A stretch of 64,000 bases of DNA from Octopus bimaculoides. Lineage: Eukaryota. Below, in pieces: positions 25,076 to 38,686 of the stretch. A program made the position numbers and the translations under genes. The number at the start of each line of letters is the position of its first letter. Position 1 is the stretch's first letter. The notes beneath the pieces are model-generated. The model did not search any database, had not been told where the DNA came from, and saw nothing but the letters and a program-made list of their open reading frames with translations. The DNA is taken from contig NC_069005.1 in assembly GCF_001194135.2 (NCBI RefSeq), positions 34,849,091 through 34,913,090 of the forward strand. The letters are read 5' to 3'.

Positions 25076-28000
25076 AATTGCATCGGGGCGCTGACAGTCC
25101 CTCTAGTCGAGACCTGCTCGTTCTAGTTTGAGATGGGAAACCAGTCGCGTCGAGGTCACTTTTAATTACGTCAATTGGAAATAGAAAAGGAATTACCTCC
25201 CCTGCATTACTTAGCTAACAAACGTTTGTGTGTGTGTGTGTGTGCGGGCGCGCGCGTGTATGTGTTAATGAAAGGAAGAGAAAGCACTGGTGCTGTTTGT
25301 GGTAGTGGTGGTGGGGTCAGAAGGAAGGAAGGAAAGTGGCCCAAGGCAAGAGACCCGGCCCAAATACTTGCCACAAAGTGGTTCCATTAAAGTGATCTAA
25401 GACCCAGGTGTTCAAATATTGCTTAGCCTCAACTCACCCCTGATCCAGCAGACCTTCCACTCGTGTTCACCCCACCTTTTCTGTCTGTGCAGGGAGAGAG
25501 AGAGAGAGGGAGAGAGAAGGTAGGACGGGGGTAATTCCCCCTTTGTTTAATAATTTAATGTGAGTCATTTAGTCTGGTTCTTCTTATATTCTGATTTCCA
25601 ATCCAGTTGAGACCAAATTTACTGCTTTTTTGTCTTCAGTGTTCGATACATTAAACGTCTTCCATTTGGTGCCACAGGTTTAAATTTACCATATTCAGCC
25701 TTTTATCGCACACACGCACACAAACTTTTCTCTATTGCAACCACTATTTAGTAGACTAAAATAAGAACTTGACTTTACATAACTAAAAGTCTAAAGTTTG
25801 GAATGAAATAAGAGCGAATTAAAATTCCCATCGTCTCCTGAGATAAATGAAAGTCGACAATAAGGCAATTGGACATGTAGGAAGAAAGTCCTATTTTAGT
25901 GTCCTTAATAGATTTCCACACCAAGTATGAAATAGTGTGGTTGAACATCTCGGTGCACAATTTAAACACTGGAATCGTCAGCGGACTTTTTTACTGTCGG
26001 AAAGTGCTCCAGCATGACGAGAAATGTACTGGTTAAAATATATTCACTAAACAACACACACGCACGCACGCACGCACGCACAATACTGTTTTTGCGTTTA
26101 TATCTATAGATTTTCTATAGAATGCAGTACCAGTGCTGTAGGTTACGACGTTTCGTAAGCAAATACGTTTACTTAGAATATTACGGTCCAAAAGAAGGAA
26201 AAAATTCTTGCTGTGCCAACAATTAAGAATTAACTCTCAAGAAAAACAACTACAATTATTTTTGCCACAGTTCTCTCCCTTGAAAAATATTTATTTGACA
26301 TTAAAATAAGAGTTCGCAATCGTACGCACATACACCCTTGCCCCCCACACATACAACCACACCCACACGTGCCCTGTCTCTCATGTACATACACAGTACG
26401 AGAAATAAGGGGCTATGCTCATATACAGGAAGGAGAGGAGTTGAGTTCGCAGAAAAAGGGATTTGCTAAATATGGTGATTGTAAGAATTATTCTGTTGGT
26501 TTCTGAAATTATGAAAGAAAGCGTCTGGGGGCGAGAGGGGAGAGACACGATGGNNNNNNNNNNNNNNNNNNNNNNNNNNNNNNNNNNNNNNNNNNNNNNN
26601 NNNNNNNNNNNNNNNNNNNNNNNNNNNNNNNNNNNNNNNNNNNNNNNNNNNNNNNNNNNNNNNNNNNNNNNNNNNNNNNNNNNNNNNNNNNNNNNNNNNN
26701 NNNNNNNNNNNNNNNNNNNNNNNNNNNNNNNNNNNNNNNNNNNNNNNNNNNNNNNNNNNNNNNNNNNNNNNNNNNNNNNNNNNNNNNNNNNNNNNNNNNN
26801 NNNNNNNNNNNNNNNNNNNNNNNNNNNNNNNNNNNNNNNNNNNNNNNNNNNNNNNNNNNNNNNNNNNNNNNNNNNNNNNNNNNNNNNNNNNNNNNNNNNN
26901 NNNNNNNNNNNNNNNNNNNNNNNNNNNNNNNNNNNNNNNNNNNNNNNNNNNNNNNNNNNNNNNNNNNNNNNNNNNNNNNNNNNNNNNNNNNNNNNNNNNN
27001 NNNNNNNNNNNNNNNNNNNNNNNNNNNNNNNNNNNNNNNNNNNNNNNNNNNNNNNNNNNNNNNNNNNNNNNNNNNNNNNNNNNNNNNNNNNNNNNNNNNN
27101 NNNNNNNNNNNNNNNNNNNNNNNNNNNNNNNNNNNNNNNNNNNNNNNNNNNNNNNNNNNNNNNNNNNNNNNNNNNNNNNNNNNNNNNNNNNNNNNNNNNN
27201 NNNNNNNNNNNNNNNNNNNNNNNNNNNNNNNNNNNNNNNNNNNNNNNNNNNNNNNNNNNNNNNNNNNNNNNNNNNNNNNNNNNNNNNNNNNNNNNNNNNN
27301 NNNNNNNNNNNNNNNNNNNNNNNNNNNNNNATATATATGCACTTAGTGAAACTAACGAGGCACACCAAATGAAAGAATGCGACCAGTTCCACATTGAAAT
27401 TGGTTAATTGTGTTGTTTGTTTAAAGAAACACTCATAAATGACTGACTGCATTAATTAAGCAAAATTAACTCTCGTACGTAGAGTTCATTAAACTTCTCT
27501 CCCCGCGGTGCATGACGTAATGTTATACAATTCTGCTCTGATGACTGTTTCGAGTCAAAACCCAATTTAATGAGCTCCGTCAGGTTGAAGTGACTCAAAA
27601 CAATCGTCACAAGACTGAATATGGTTATATACTCAAATGCATAGAAAAGTAGTTGATGCACATAATTTGTAGAATGCGAGAAGTATTCGAGGACTTATGC
27701 GCTAGTTTAATAAAAACAATTCTAATTTGCTAAAAACCGAATACATTTTCATAAGAATTGGTGCACTTGTTCTCGTTAAGCTTCCTTATAAGACCCCCTT
27801 TTTTTTATGAATCCGCCTTCACATTCAAAGACTTGCTTCATTTCGGGTATCTTTTGATATCTGCTTAACAGCCAAACCAAAAGTGTTTTAAAGGTCGACT
27901 TGCTTTAAGCTAATGCCGTTTGCAGAAAATAAGATTTTGAGAACAATTCTATGAATTTCTTCTGAATTGTTTTGCAAATATTTTCTCTATTTTCTACATT

Positions 28001-29173
28001 AACGTCACACCCTGATATGCCACAACATCCGGGGTGTACAGCAACACCCAGATATACAACATATTTTATATAATAAACTACTTTACCACTCACCTCCATT
28101 ACACTCCTAGTTTCTCCAGTTTGACTCCCCAACACAAAATTGACGTTTACCCGGTCAACGAATGCCGCAATACTTCATTAAAAGATAACCGCTTTATTGG
28201 TGGTTTTTGAAAAGGTATAAACTTAAAAACTTCATTGATAATTGCACAAAAGAAATGCTAAACGTTCATAAGAATTGTTTTAAAAGTTTAGATAATGCAA
28301 TGCCCCTCGATGATGTGTATAAGAGTGGCTTTGCGTCCCTTTAGTCATATGGCTTGCATGGTTTTGCGTTGGGCGCAAATACTGTTTTCCCCGCTTTCCC
28401 CATAACTCTTTTGTCTGAAAACCTTTGATCGAATGCATTGTGATTTGATTCAAAGATTAGCCCAACTTGAGGAAGATATACCAACAGAAACTCTTGTTTA
28501 GTCTTTCAGTCTCAAAGTGATCGACGAAATCTTTTCACACATTCCAAAAATGGTGGAGAATTTTTAGTCGCAAGAGTAAAATTTTGAAATCTACTGCTTA
28601 TAACGTTATGTCAATGAAAATTTGCTTCTCACTTAATAATGTCTCACTTAAAGATTGAACGTGAAAAGAACAATTGAATCGATAAGTCGGGCAACTTCTG
28701 TAGTTGGAGCAGACCTATTATAGACAGTCTACAACGAAGCAGGCACACGCACGCACATACATGCATGCGTGAATGTATAGGTACAACACTGAATAATGCA
28801 ACACCATAGTATTACAGCTGGTGAGACAGGGACGCCTTGGACAAACGGAAAACACGGAACCGAAGATAGGGTTTGAAGGGTCGATTTCTAGGTTGTTTGG
28901 TGATTTATGAATTTGGGTGTCAGCATTTCTTGATTCATACAAACGCACATACAAACATACACACACACATACGTACATACATACAAATATAATTGATTCA
29001 TAGATATATGTATGTATATATACATGCATATACACGCACATAAATGTTTGTGCGTGCGTGTGTGCGTGTGTGTGTGTGTTTGCAATGACACAGGCACAGA
29101 CACTCACACAAAACACACACACTCAGGAACACACACACACACACACATCAACACACACACACACACACACATC

Positions 29174-29225
<52 letters not shown>

Positions 29226-29764
29226 NNNNNNNNNNNNNNNNNNNNNNNNNNNNNNNNNNNNNNNNNNNNNNNNNNNNNNNNNNNNNNNNNNNNNNNNNNN
29301 NNNNNNNNNNNNNNNNNNNNNNNNNNNNNNNNNNNNNNNNNNNNNNNNNNNNNNNNNNNNNNNNNNNNNNNNNNNNNNNNNNNNNNNNNNNNNNNNNNNN
29401 NNNNNNNNNNNNNNNNNNNNNNNNNNNNNNNNNNNNNNNNNNNNNNNNNNNNNNNNNNNNNNNNNNNNNNNNNNNNNNNNNNNNNNNNNNNNNNNNNNNN
29501 NNNNNNNNNNNNNNNNNNNNNNNNNNNNNNNNNNNNNNNNNNNNNNNNNNNNNNNNNNNNNNNNNNNNNNNNNNNNNNNNNNNNNNNNNNNNNNNNNNNN
29601 NNNNNNNNNNNNNNNNNNNNNNNNNNNNNNNNNNNNNNNNNNNNNNNNNNNNNNNNNNNNNNNNNNNNNNNNNNNNNNNNNNNNNNNNNNNNNNNNNNNN
29701 NNNNNNNNNNNNNNNNNNNNNNNNNNNNNNNNNNNNNNNNNNNNNNNNNNNNNNNNNNNNNNNN

Positions 29765-29818
<54 letters not shown>

Positions 29819-29967
29819 TAGGTTTACATACGTGGATATAATCTCATATATCTATTTAGCCATACGCATACATATATAGATGTATATATATTCATGCACG
29901 CGTACATCTCCCTTCTCTTTCTGTGTGTGTATATATATGTAGAGAGAGAGAGAGATAGTCACACATA

Positions 29968-30372
29968 TGAGGTCTGATCAATAAGTGTCCGAACTGTTGC
30001 CATAGCCACAAAGCTAAAGTACACAGAGTAAAACCGCTTGGCACCGACTGACCTTGATCTCTGCTGTGCATGCGCACTAAGTTTCAACATTCTAGCTCAC
30101 TTCCGCTGTTTACAGCAGTGCTTGGAAGGAACGTGTGTAGCGTGTGATCGTCGTATTGACCATGACAGAGAAAGTTGTCATGACGATACCTGCTCAGAGG
30201 TCAACGCAAAGTAGCTGAAAGTGTATTGAGAAGAGCATATGAGCCGCCGCCAGGTGTACGAGTGGTTCAGACGTTTCCGAGATGGCCAAAAAATGTCGAT
30301 AGTTACGAACGTTCTGGGAGACCTGCAACCAACAGTATTGAGGAAGACATCGCAGATGTGCGTGCAACTGAA
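29968..30372 (+). mobile_element. mariner (Tc1/mariner) transposon, 5' remnant
   Basis: TA followed by TIR TGAGGTCTGATCAATAAG. ORF start ATGACAGAGAAAGTT, then MSRRQVYEWFRRFRDGQK and, after a frameshift, VDSYERSGRPAT, the mariner HTH region (W...F..G...D..RSGRP). The catalytic domain is absent. Confidence 0.8.
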
Positions 30373-30499
30373 TTTTGCGTACAATTTTATCCACTGTGCT
30401 GCACCTTCAACACAGCGGGTTCGAATCTACCGCCAGTTGCAAAGGAACTTTTTAGCCACACAACAAAAGATATATATACACATATATATGTATACATAC

Positions 30500-30540
<41 letters not shown>

Positions 30541-31292
30541 GTATGTTGTATTAGTGTGTGTGTGTCGAAATTTTGTTGGGATTTCAAAAGTTTTATGCAT
30601 TTTTAAAAGTATTAAAAAATAATTGGAAATGTTTTTAAGAATGTTATACATACACATATTTCAGCATGTGTACACACACACACACACATACACACACACA
30701 CACACACACATATCTCTCTATCACATTTGAAAACCGTTTTTTATTTTTTCAATTCGCGTTTTACATATTTGTTATTTTTGCATTTTTTGTAAAATTTTTC
30801 TGTCTTGTTTTGTTTTTGGTTTGGAATAAATTAACGCCCCTCCAGTCTTGTAACATTCCTGTCTCCCTAGGAATAAAGAGGGACAAACAGACAGACATAC
30901 AGGCAGGCAGACAGACAGACAGACAGACAGACAGGCAGATAGACAGCTTGACATACTTATCAATCGACCGACCGACAGATCAACAGACAGACTAGAGGAC
31001 AGACAGACCGACAGACATGCCGACAGGCTGACAGACAGTCATTCTCGAACATTCCTCCCTCTTTTGGAACATTTGGGATTTTTCGCTGGGTTTCTTTACA
31101 TAGCCCTCCTCTCTCTCCCACCACCAACCCTTTCCTCTCCCTTCTTCCACTCCCAGCCCCCAANNNNNNNNNNNNNNNNNNNNNNNNNNNNNNNNNNNNN
31201 NNNNNNNNNNNNNNNNNNNNNNNNNNNNNNNNNNNNNNNNNNNNNNNNNNNNNNNNNNNNNNNNNNNNNNNNNNNNNNNNNNNNNNNNNNNN

Positions 31293-31344
<52 letters not shown>

Positions 31345-31919
31345 CCACTCATACTGACACACACACACATCAGCACATATATACACACAAACATAGACAT
31401 GTACCAACACATACATACACATTTCCCCACTTACACAAATGAACATAAAAACATACACAATCATAGACATACACACATACACACAAATACATTCATATCT
31501 ATAGATAAATACACACACACACACTCACGCACTGACATACATAGACAATGATACATACGCACATATATATATATATATACATAAACATGCATATACATGA
31601 AGTTGCACACAGAAATATACATACACACACATAGACACATACACACATGCACACATACATACACACCGTCCCAGACGAAGTGAGAAAGAAAGAGAAAGAG
31701 AGGGGAGTAACTAAATAAACGTGAAATTACTTATCTGATTTAGACTGATGACTAACGAGTGCTGTTGATTGGTGACTGATGATTGGTGAATATTGTTGAT
31801 TACTGATGACTAATGACACCTGACTGTAGATTATTGTTGATTGATGAATGTTGATCACCACCCGCCTTTTCATCCTCCTCCTCCTCCTCCTTCTCCTCCT
31901 CCTTGTCCTCCTCGCAGGA

Positions 31920-32165
31920 GAGCGGTGTCCAGAAACGCAGACGATGTCACCGGGATGATGTGAGATCCGGAGGATTTTGAAGGGTTTAGGACCACGCTGA
32001 AAGAATAGAAGAAGATAGGAACCTGAACAGACATCAACCGAGACAAAGACGGAAAACCAGCGTTGTGGTTTTAAGATGCTTGGGGTCTATTTCGGACCAG
32101 ACTGCCAAGAAGATAGGAAATGCAACGAGGTGACGAACAAGGAGGCCGACCTTATCGGCCGAGAT
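31920..32165 (+). mobile_element. Tx1/L1-like LINE fragment
   Basis: Translates LGVYFGPDCQEDRKCNEVTNK, compared with the Tx1-type LGVWFGPD.Q..KNW.EV. Confidence 0.5.
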
Positions 32166-32207
32166 GTGATTATTTTTGAAAAGCGCGACAGAGGCAGCAG
32201 GCGTTTA

Positions 32208-32408
32208 GAGTAATCTCTCGCCATATCGCGGTTTATTATTTAAGCTTACGTCGATTCCTCCGTGGTGTTATTTTGAATTTATAATAAAATATATACAAAT
32301 TCTAAAAAAAAAAAAAAAAAAAAATATATACAATACAGTACTTCGCGGATTTTCACTTATCGCGGGAGGTCTTGGAACGTATCACCCGCGATAGTCGAGG
32401 GATTACTG
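32208..32408. mobile_element. Tigger/pogo-like MITE
   Basis: TA-flanked imperfect TIRs: left GAGTAATCTCTCGCCATATCGCGG, right CCGCGATAGTCGAGGGATTACTG (reverse complement CAGTAATCCCTCGACTATCGCGG). Confidence 0.65.
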
Positions 32409-32699
32409 TATATACTACCTCTATCATATATTACCATCAGAGGCCATCGTACCTTGTTTCAGTTTTCATTTGATCGGATTGAAGCGGCTCGAAAAGGCTG
32501 CTATGCTGTGGATGTTGATACACAAACATACGTCTAGGTTGCGATATCTACGAAGATTTCTGGAAGTTGAGCATAGAATGTGTAACTGTCCTCAATGAAG
32601 GCGTTTGATGGAGTTGCAGGCCCTAGGATAACTTAAAATGACATTGGACACTCGGCATTTGAAATATTGTCAGACGTTCACAGTTCTCCGTCAATGTGA

Positions 32700-33200
32700 T
32701 GATTGTTACCTCAAAAGCGGTGGTACCTCAACTCTTACATTGTTGAGGGGATTAGTGGTGGGCAAGGACATGATGTTATGGGCGTCGTCGAGGGTCACCA
32801 AGTCAGCATATTTCGAAATACTTTCAGTTCGGTGTCTGTGAGTAACTCATAAAAATGTGACCTCTTAGGTCGGAATAAACCCCACAGACACAGTAGCATC
32901 ATCAGCGCAAATGACGCTGCAGGCATTCGTTCAGTGTCCATCTCTGATTTGTGGAGTTTGGTCGAACATCTGTTGTTCCATGTAGGAAGGACTTGGCTAT
33001 GAGGAGGCGAGTCCATCGTGGAAATTGCTTTAGCGCCTTCCTTGGGCCGGCAAGAACACGTAGTTCGGGCGGGTGGGGTTCTATGGTAAAAGAGATTGTT
33101 TGGTGGACAAGACTAAAAGGATTGAGGACGGGGCAGGACAGTTTCCCCTTCTTTAAGAAGAGGACTGACTTTTCCAGTTCCAGTAGAGACAAGTTGGGAT
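32700..33200 (+). mobile_element. Tx1/L1-like LINE, 3' end of ORF2
   Basis: QMTLQAFVQCP resembles the ET..HA...CP zinc-knuckle end, and MVKEIVWWTRLKGL resembles the Tx1 C-terminal AKE.VWxTR.KG motif. Confidence 0.5.
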
Positions 33201-33214
33201 GGGATAAATAGATA

Positions 33215-33258
<44 letters not shown>

Positions 33259-33266
33259 AAGAAACG

Positions 33267-33311
<45 letters not shown>

Positions 33312-36092
33312 AAGAAACGAAGAGGAGAGAGAGAGAGCGAAAGAAACGAAGAGGAGAGAGAGAGAGAGAGACAGACAGAGACAGATGTGTTGTACTCCAG
33401 AAAATGGAAATGGTCCGGATGGTTAGCCCTTCTCTCAAGACGCACTTTTAATCTTGAGAACTCCGCCGGGAAAGGACACTTTCTTTTGGTAATTCGACAA
33501 ATTTTGGTTGTGTTCTACGATGTTCCTTGTTTAATCCCCGCTCGTTGATTCCCCGTCGCCACCACCCTCTTCAAGACGTCGAATCCCATTCATTTCATCC
33601 ACATAATTTCTCTCTCTCTTTTTTTCTCGTCTACCATTTTCTGGCAATTCTCAAAGATTCTGTCACATTCTTCCATCCTGATGCCCCCCCCACCGCGTCT
33701 CTCCACCTTCAATCAAACAACGAACGACATTGTTCTTATTACTTTACTGTTGTTGCTGTTGTTGTTGTTATCGTCACTGCTGTTGTTGTTGTTGTTGTTC
33801 TTGTTAATATTTTTAATGGCTCACCGAGTGTATATAACTGTTTAGAGATATCGGTAACGTGATACAGCAGATGTGTATATATGTGTACACATAAGTGTGT
33901 ATATACGTTTCGGTGTAGTAACACGAAGCAAAAGCACTCAATACAAACAAGTAGAGTATATATATATATATGTTTGTGTACGTATATGTATGTGTGTGCT
34001 CATGATGTATACTCGTTAAATTTATATTCTTATGTATATGTACATTGATATATATGTATGTATGTTTGCATGTATGTATATACATACGTGCATACATACA
34101 TATACATATATATATAATATATATATATATACATANNNNNNNNNNNNNNNNNNNNNNNNNNNNNNNNNNNNNNNNNNNNNNNNNNNNNNNNNNNNNNNNN
34201 NNNNNNNNNNNNNNNNNNNNNNNNNNNNNNNNNNNNNNNNNNNNNNNNNNNNNNNNNNNNNNNNNNNNNNNNNNNNNNNNNNNNNNNNNNNNNNNNNNNN
34301 NNNNNNNNNNNNNNNNNNNNNNNNNNNNNNNNNNNNNNNNNNNNNNNNNNNNNNNNNNNNNNNNNNNNNNNNNNNNNNNNNNNNNNNNNNNNNNNNNNNN
34401 NNNNNNNNNNNNNNNNNNNNNNNNNNNNNNNNNNNNNNNNNNNNNNNNNNNNNNNNNNNNNNNNNNNNNNNNNNNNNNNNNNNNNNNNNNNNNNNNNNNN
34501 NNNNNNNNNNNNNNNNNNNNNNNNNNNNNNNNNNNNNNNNNNNNNNNNNNNNNNNNNNNNNNNNNNNNNNNNNNNNNNNNNNNNNNNNNNNNNNNNNNNN
34601 NNNNNNNNNNNNNNNNNNNNNNNNNNNNNNNNNNNNNNNNNNNNNNNNNNNNNNNNNNNNNNNNNNNNNNNNNNNNNNNNNNNNNNNNNNNNNNNNNNNN
34701 NNNNNNNNNNNNNNNNNNNNNNNNNNNNNNNNNNNNNNNNNNNNNNNNNNNNNNNNNNNNNNNNNNNNNNNNNNNNNNNNNNNNNNNNNNNNNNNNNNNN
34801 NNNNNNNNNNNNNNNNNNNNNNNNNNNNNNNNNNNNNNNNNNNNNNNNNNNNNNNNNNGAGAGGAGGAAAGAGAGAGTGTGTGAAAGGGAGCAGGTCGGG
34901 TGGATTAGGGGTATCGAATAATTAGATAGATTGTGGTGAAAATTGATAGTTGTACTGGTGTGTGTACGTGTGTGCGTGTGTGTGTGTGTGTGTGTGCGTG
35001 TGTGTGTGTATGCGTGTATGTATGTATGTGCGTGAGGCAGACTTACGTGTGTATGTTGAAAATTGATAGCTGTATTTGTGTGTGTGTGTGTGTGTGTGTG
35101 GTAGCCTCATGCATGTATGCGTGTGTCGATATGTTTGAATGTGCACTCGCACACGCATAGGCACACACTCATTGTTCTGTCTGTGCGAGTATATGTAGAC
35201 AGAAGACCAAAACATGTGAATTTGTGTGTGTGGGTGTGTGTGTATACATACATATACATATGTCTATACACACATACACTCGTGTGTGTGTGTGTGTGGT
35301 GGGAATCGGAGTCTGGGCCGTGGCAGCAGCAGCAGCCATGTTTGACAGACGACCATCACTAATTTCCGTTGTTAAAACGCCACACAGTCATTCTCCGCGC
35401 AACCCGATGCCGTCTTCCTTGTAGAACAACGGCTCAAGTTACACAGAGTTATGGCCGGTCGCTCCCGGCTCAGCCGCTAGGTGGAGCAACGCCGCTGCTG
35501 GTGATGGCGGCTGAGAAATTGACGAGAGAAAGATAATGGCCAAAGCAAACAGCGATTGGATTATGACGGGAGTTGTGGGTGGTGGTGGTGTGTGTGTGTA
35601 TATGAGAGAGAGAGAGAAAGAGAGTGTGTAGGACCGTTGATATGAATGTGTGTGTAGGTGAGTGTGGGGGTGATATTAGGGGTAGCGGCGTGTTTAAGGG
35701 ATTTTGTTGTTGTTTAGCTCCAAGCCTAGTCGAGCAGACCACTGATCAACGATATTCCAGCCGTGACCGTCACTCCATTCCCTACATCCCAACCCGATAT
35801 CATTCTGTTTCTTTTTCTAAGACGTTAGATGTAATTTGAAGGAGATTTACTTGTTATTTCTAGCAGAATGAGGGACCACAAAAGAGTTCCTTTGTTGACT
35901 GGTTTGTATAGAAGTTGCTAAGTATAGTGGCGGTGGTGGTGTTGGTGATTGGTGATGGTTGTCGATGTGGTGATCGAGTTAGGATTGTGAAGTAAACAAT
36001 AACATGTGTTCGCGGCCACCTGCCTAAACGAAATAGGAAACAGTGAATAATATAATGGCCGGTATTGCGAATAGCCGCAGAGGCGACAAATT

Positions 36093-36651
36093 GGATCTAT
36101 TTTAAAACGGGGGCCACATTTTTCATTGTTTTACGTAGTGTTTTTGGTACCGAAAGACTTTCAAACTTCGTATACTTATCTATTTTGTGTTATAGAACAG
36201 AAAAATATTTTTGTATTCGAATTTATTTCATGTAAAAAATTGTCTTATTTCGATAATTTCAACCAATCACTGACAAGTATTCAGTTGTTTATATTTACTC
36301 CTTTGGCTGATTAAGCGATGTAAAGCGTATTTAATCTCCATACCTTCGTTTTATTTGCTTTTTTCATTTTAAATTTGCTTTAACCCTAACCCTAACCCTA
36401 GGGTTAGGGTTAATTGTTTCAGAATCGTTTGTTTATGTAGTCGGCACTTAATGTATATCGGCTGAATGGACGTCAGTGATTGGTTGAAATTACAGAAATA
36501 CGACAACTTTAACATGAAATAATTTATGGATTTCTTTTTTTTTAAAGAAGACTAAGAGAAAAAGATGTTTTATATGACACATTCTACCAGTGTTCCAAGT
36601 TTCAAAGTGTTTCGTTAATGAAAAATGTGGCCCCCGTTTTAAAAAAGATCC
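36093..36651. mobile_element. MITE with ~35-bp TIRs, candidate 8-bp TSD and central telomeric palindrome
   Basis: GGATCTATTTTAAAACGGGGGCCACATTTTTCATT (36093-36127) pairs with AATGAAAAATGTGGCCCCCGTTTTAAAAAAGATCC (36617-36651) with 1 mismatch. Flanks are GACAAATT / AACAAATT. A perfect internal 20-bp inverted repeat lies at 36255-36274 / 36472-36491. Confidence 0.85.
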
Positions 36652-37225
36652 AACAAATTTCGTCTAGGCATGTGGCTGTGAGGACATGACATTGACAAAA
36701 TGCATCTGGCGTTCTCTCAAACCACTGCCAGGAAGATCACTCGTCTTCCTCCGATATATATTGCGTTTCTTTTAACACAGCACATCTATAACAGGTTTGA
36801 TATCGGGTGAAAACCATAACATCTTGCCTACCAATGGTGTACATGCGTAAAGTATGATACGTAGATTGCAATTTTAATTCAATGCTGTTTCAATCGCATA
36901 CACTCAATTTCTTCTAGTTGGTTTGGGATTGAAGAATATGACTATATCTCTGAATTTAATTTGGAAAATGCTCCAATACACAGAAAACAGAACACTGTCA
37001 AATATCTACAACGCAGAGACTTACAAAACATTCTCTGCTAACGATCAAATTCTTCACAGACACTCCGAAGGAGTTGCTACTCATTAAAACACTTTGAAAA
37101 TATACAAATATTTTGAACCAATATTTACTTTGAAGGGCAATCGTAGATGATTTAGAAGAATTAGGTATCTACCTGCCGGACACTTTGGTATTAGTGTGCA
37201 TGTGCACGTAGGTGTGGCCTCGAGC

Positions 37226-37286
<61 letters not shown>

Positions 37287-37665
37287 TAATTTATTTCTTA
37301 ATGATATTACTTATTATACATAGCGCTCAGCATCTGTTTGCCTGCTTATTCAAACGTTTATATAGACATCTGCATACGTGTTCAGATGGATGTAAATTTT
37401 ATGTATATTCAACAGACTTATTAACTGAACATTAATGTCGCTTTTACTCAATGAATTCACACCTGTAGCAAGGTACCTTCTTGACTTCGATGTTAAGGGG
37501 TCCCATTGGTCAATTTTATCAAACTGAAATTCACGTCCCCTTCCTTAGGGTGTCCCTTAATAACTGTCTTTCCACTTCAGCCGTCTTCAATTCTATGAAT
37601 CCAAAACTATCTTGTACTTTTTGATAAACTTAAATTCTATCCCGTTCTTACTTTCTGCCTTCATT

Positions 37666-37765
<100 letters not shown>

Positions 37766-38019
37766 GTGTTTGTGTTGATGACGTCATCGAAACACTGCCA
37801 GCGAAGTTCTATATGAATCGAATTCTTGTTGCTGGTAATATTTATAGCTTAACTATTGTTGTTTGTTATTGTTGTTTAGAGCCAAGTTAAACTTAGCTGT
37901 TATTTCTAGCAGTTAATGGTGATGGATGTAGTAGTGGTGGTGGTGGTGGCTTGTATCAGTCGTATTGGCGATGGTGACGATGGTGATGTTCAACTTGGTG
38001 ATTGGTGATGGCCATCCTG

Positions 38020-38190
38020 ATGGTGGTGGTGGTGTGGTGGTTGTAGTGGTTGTAGTGGTGGTGGTGGTTGTAGTGGTGGTGGTGGTTGTAGTGGTGGTGG
38101 TGGTGGTGGTTGTAGTGGTGGTGGTGGTTGTAGTGGTGATAGTGGTTGTAGTGGTGGTGGTGGTTGTAGTGGTGGTGGCAGTGGTGGTGT
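38020..38190. repeat. Compound (GTG)n/(GTTGTAGTG) trinucleotide repeat
   Basis: Visible directly. It produces the poly-V and poly-T ORFs in the track. Confidence 0.9.
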
Positions 38191-38605
38191 CGGCGGTGGT
38201 GCTAATATGAATGATAGGATGAAACAATAATTTTCAGGAGGAGAGTATGAAACGGTTTTGTTGTTGTTGTTGTTAGTGCTGCAGTCCTGTCAAAGTTGGT
38301 TGTAACTATGAGATTGGAGGTCGAAGGTCAAACCAACAATGGCGTGAGGGGGAGGAGGTGAATTGAATTAATAGGAGGGAGGTTTCATGTTATGTAGATA
38401 TGTGTGTATATGAGTGTATATGCTTGTGTGTATGTGTGCACCTATATGTATATGTAAATATATATGCATACACAGACACACACACATATATATATACACA
38501 CACATTCATCTCTGCATACGTGTGAAGATGTATGTCCATACATTACATTTTGACGGATTAGATACAAACATCTACATGTACGACGCCTCACACAGTCATA
38601 TTTAC

Positions 38606-38686
<81 letters not shown>

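Noticed and set aside
27538-27565. CTGATGA...TCAAAA hammerhead-like string (also CTGACGA...GAAAC at ~6568-6597)
   Set aside because: GAAA is missing at the first site and there is no credible stem II or stem I at either.
36380-36413. Chromosome fusion scar or true interstitial telomere
   Set aside because: Only about 5 units, in CCCTAA-then-TTAGGG order (opposite to a fusion), and located inside a MITE.
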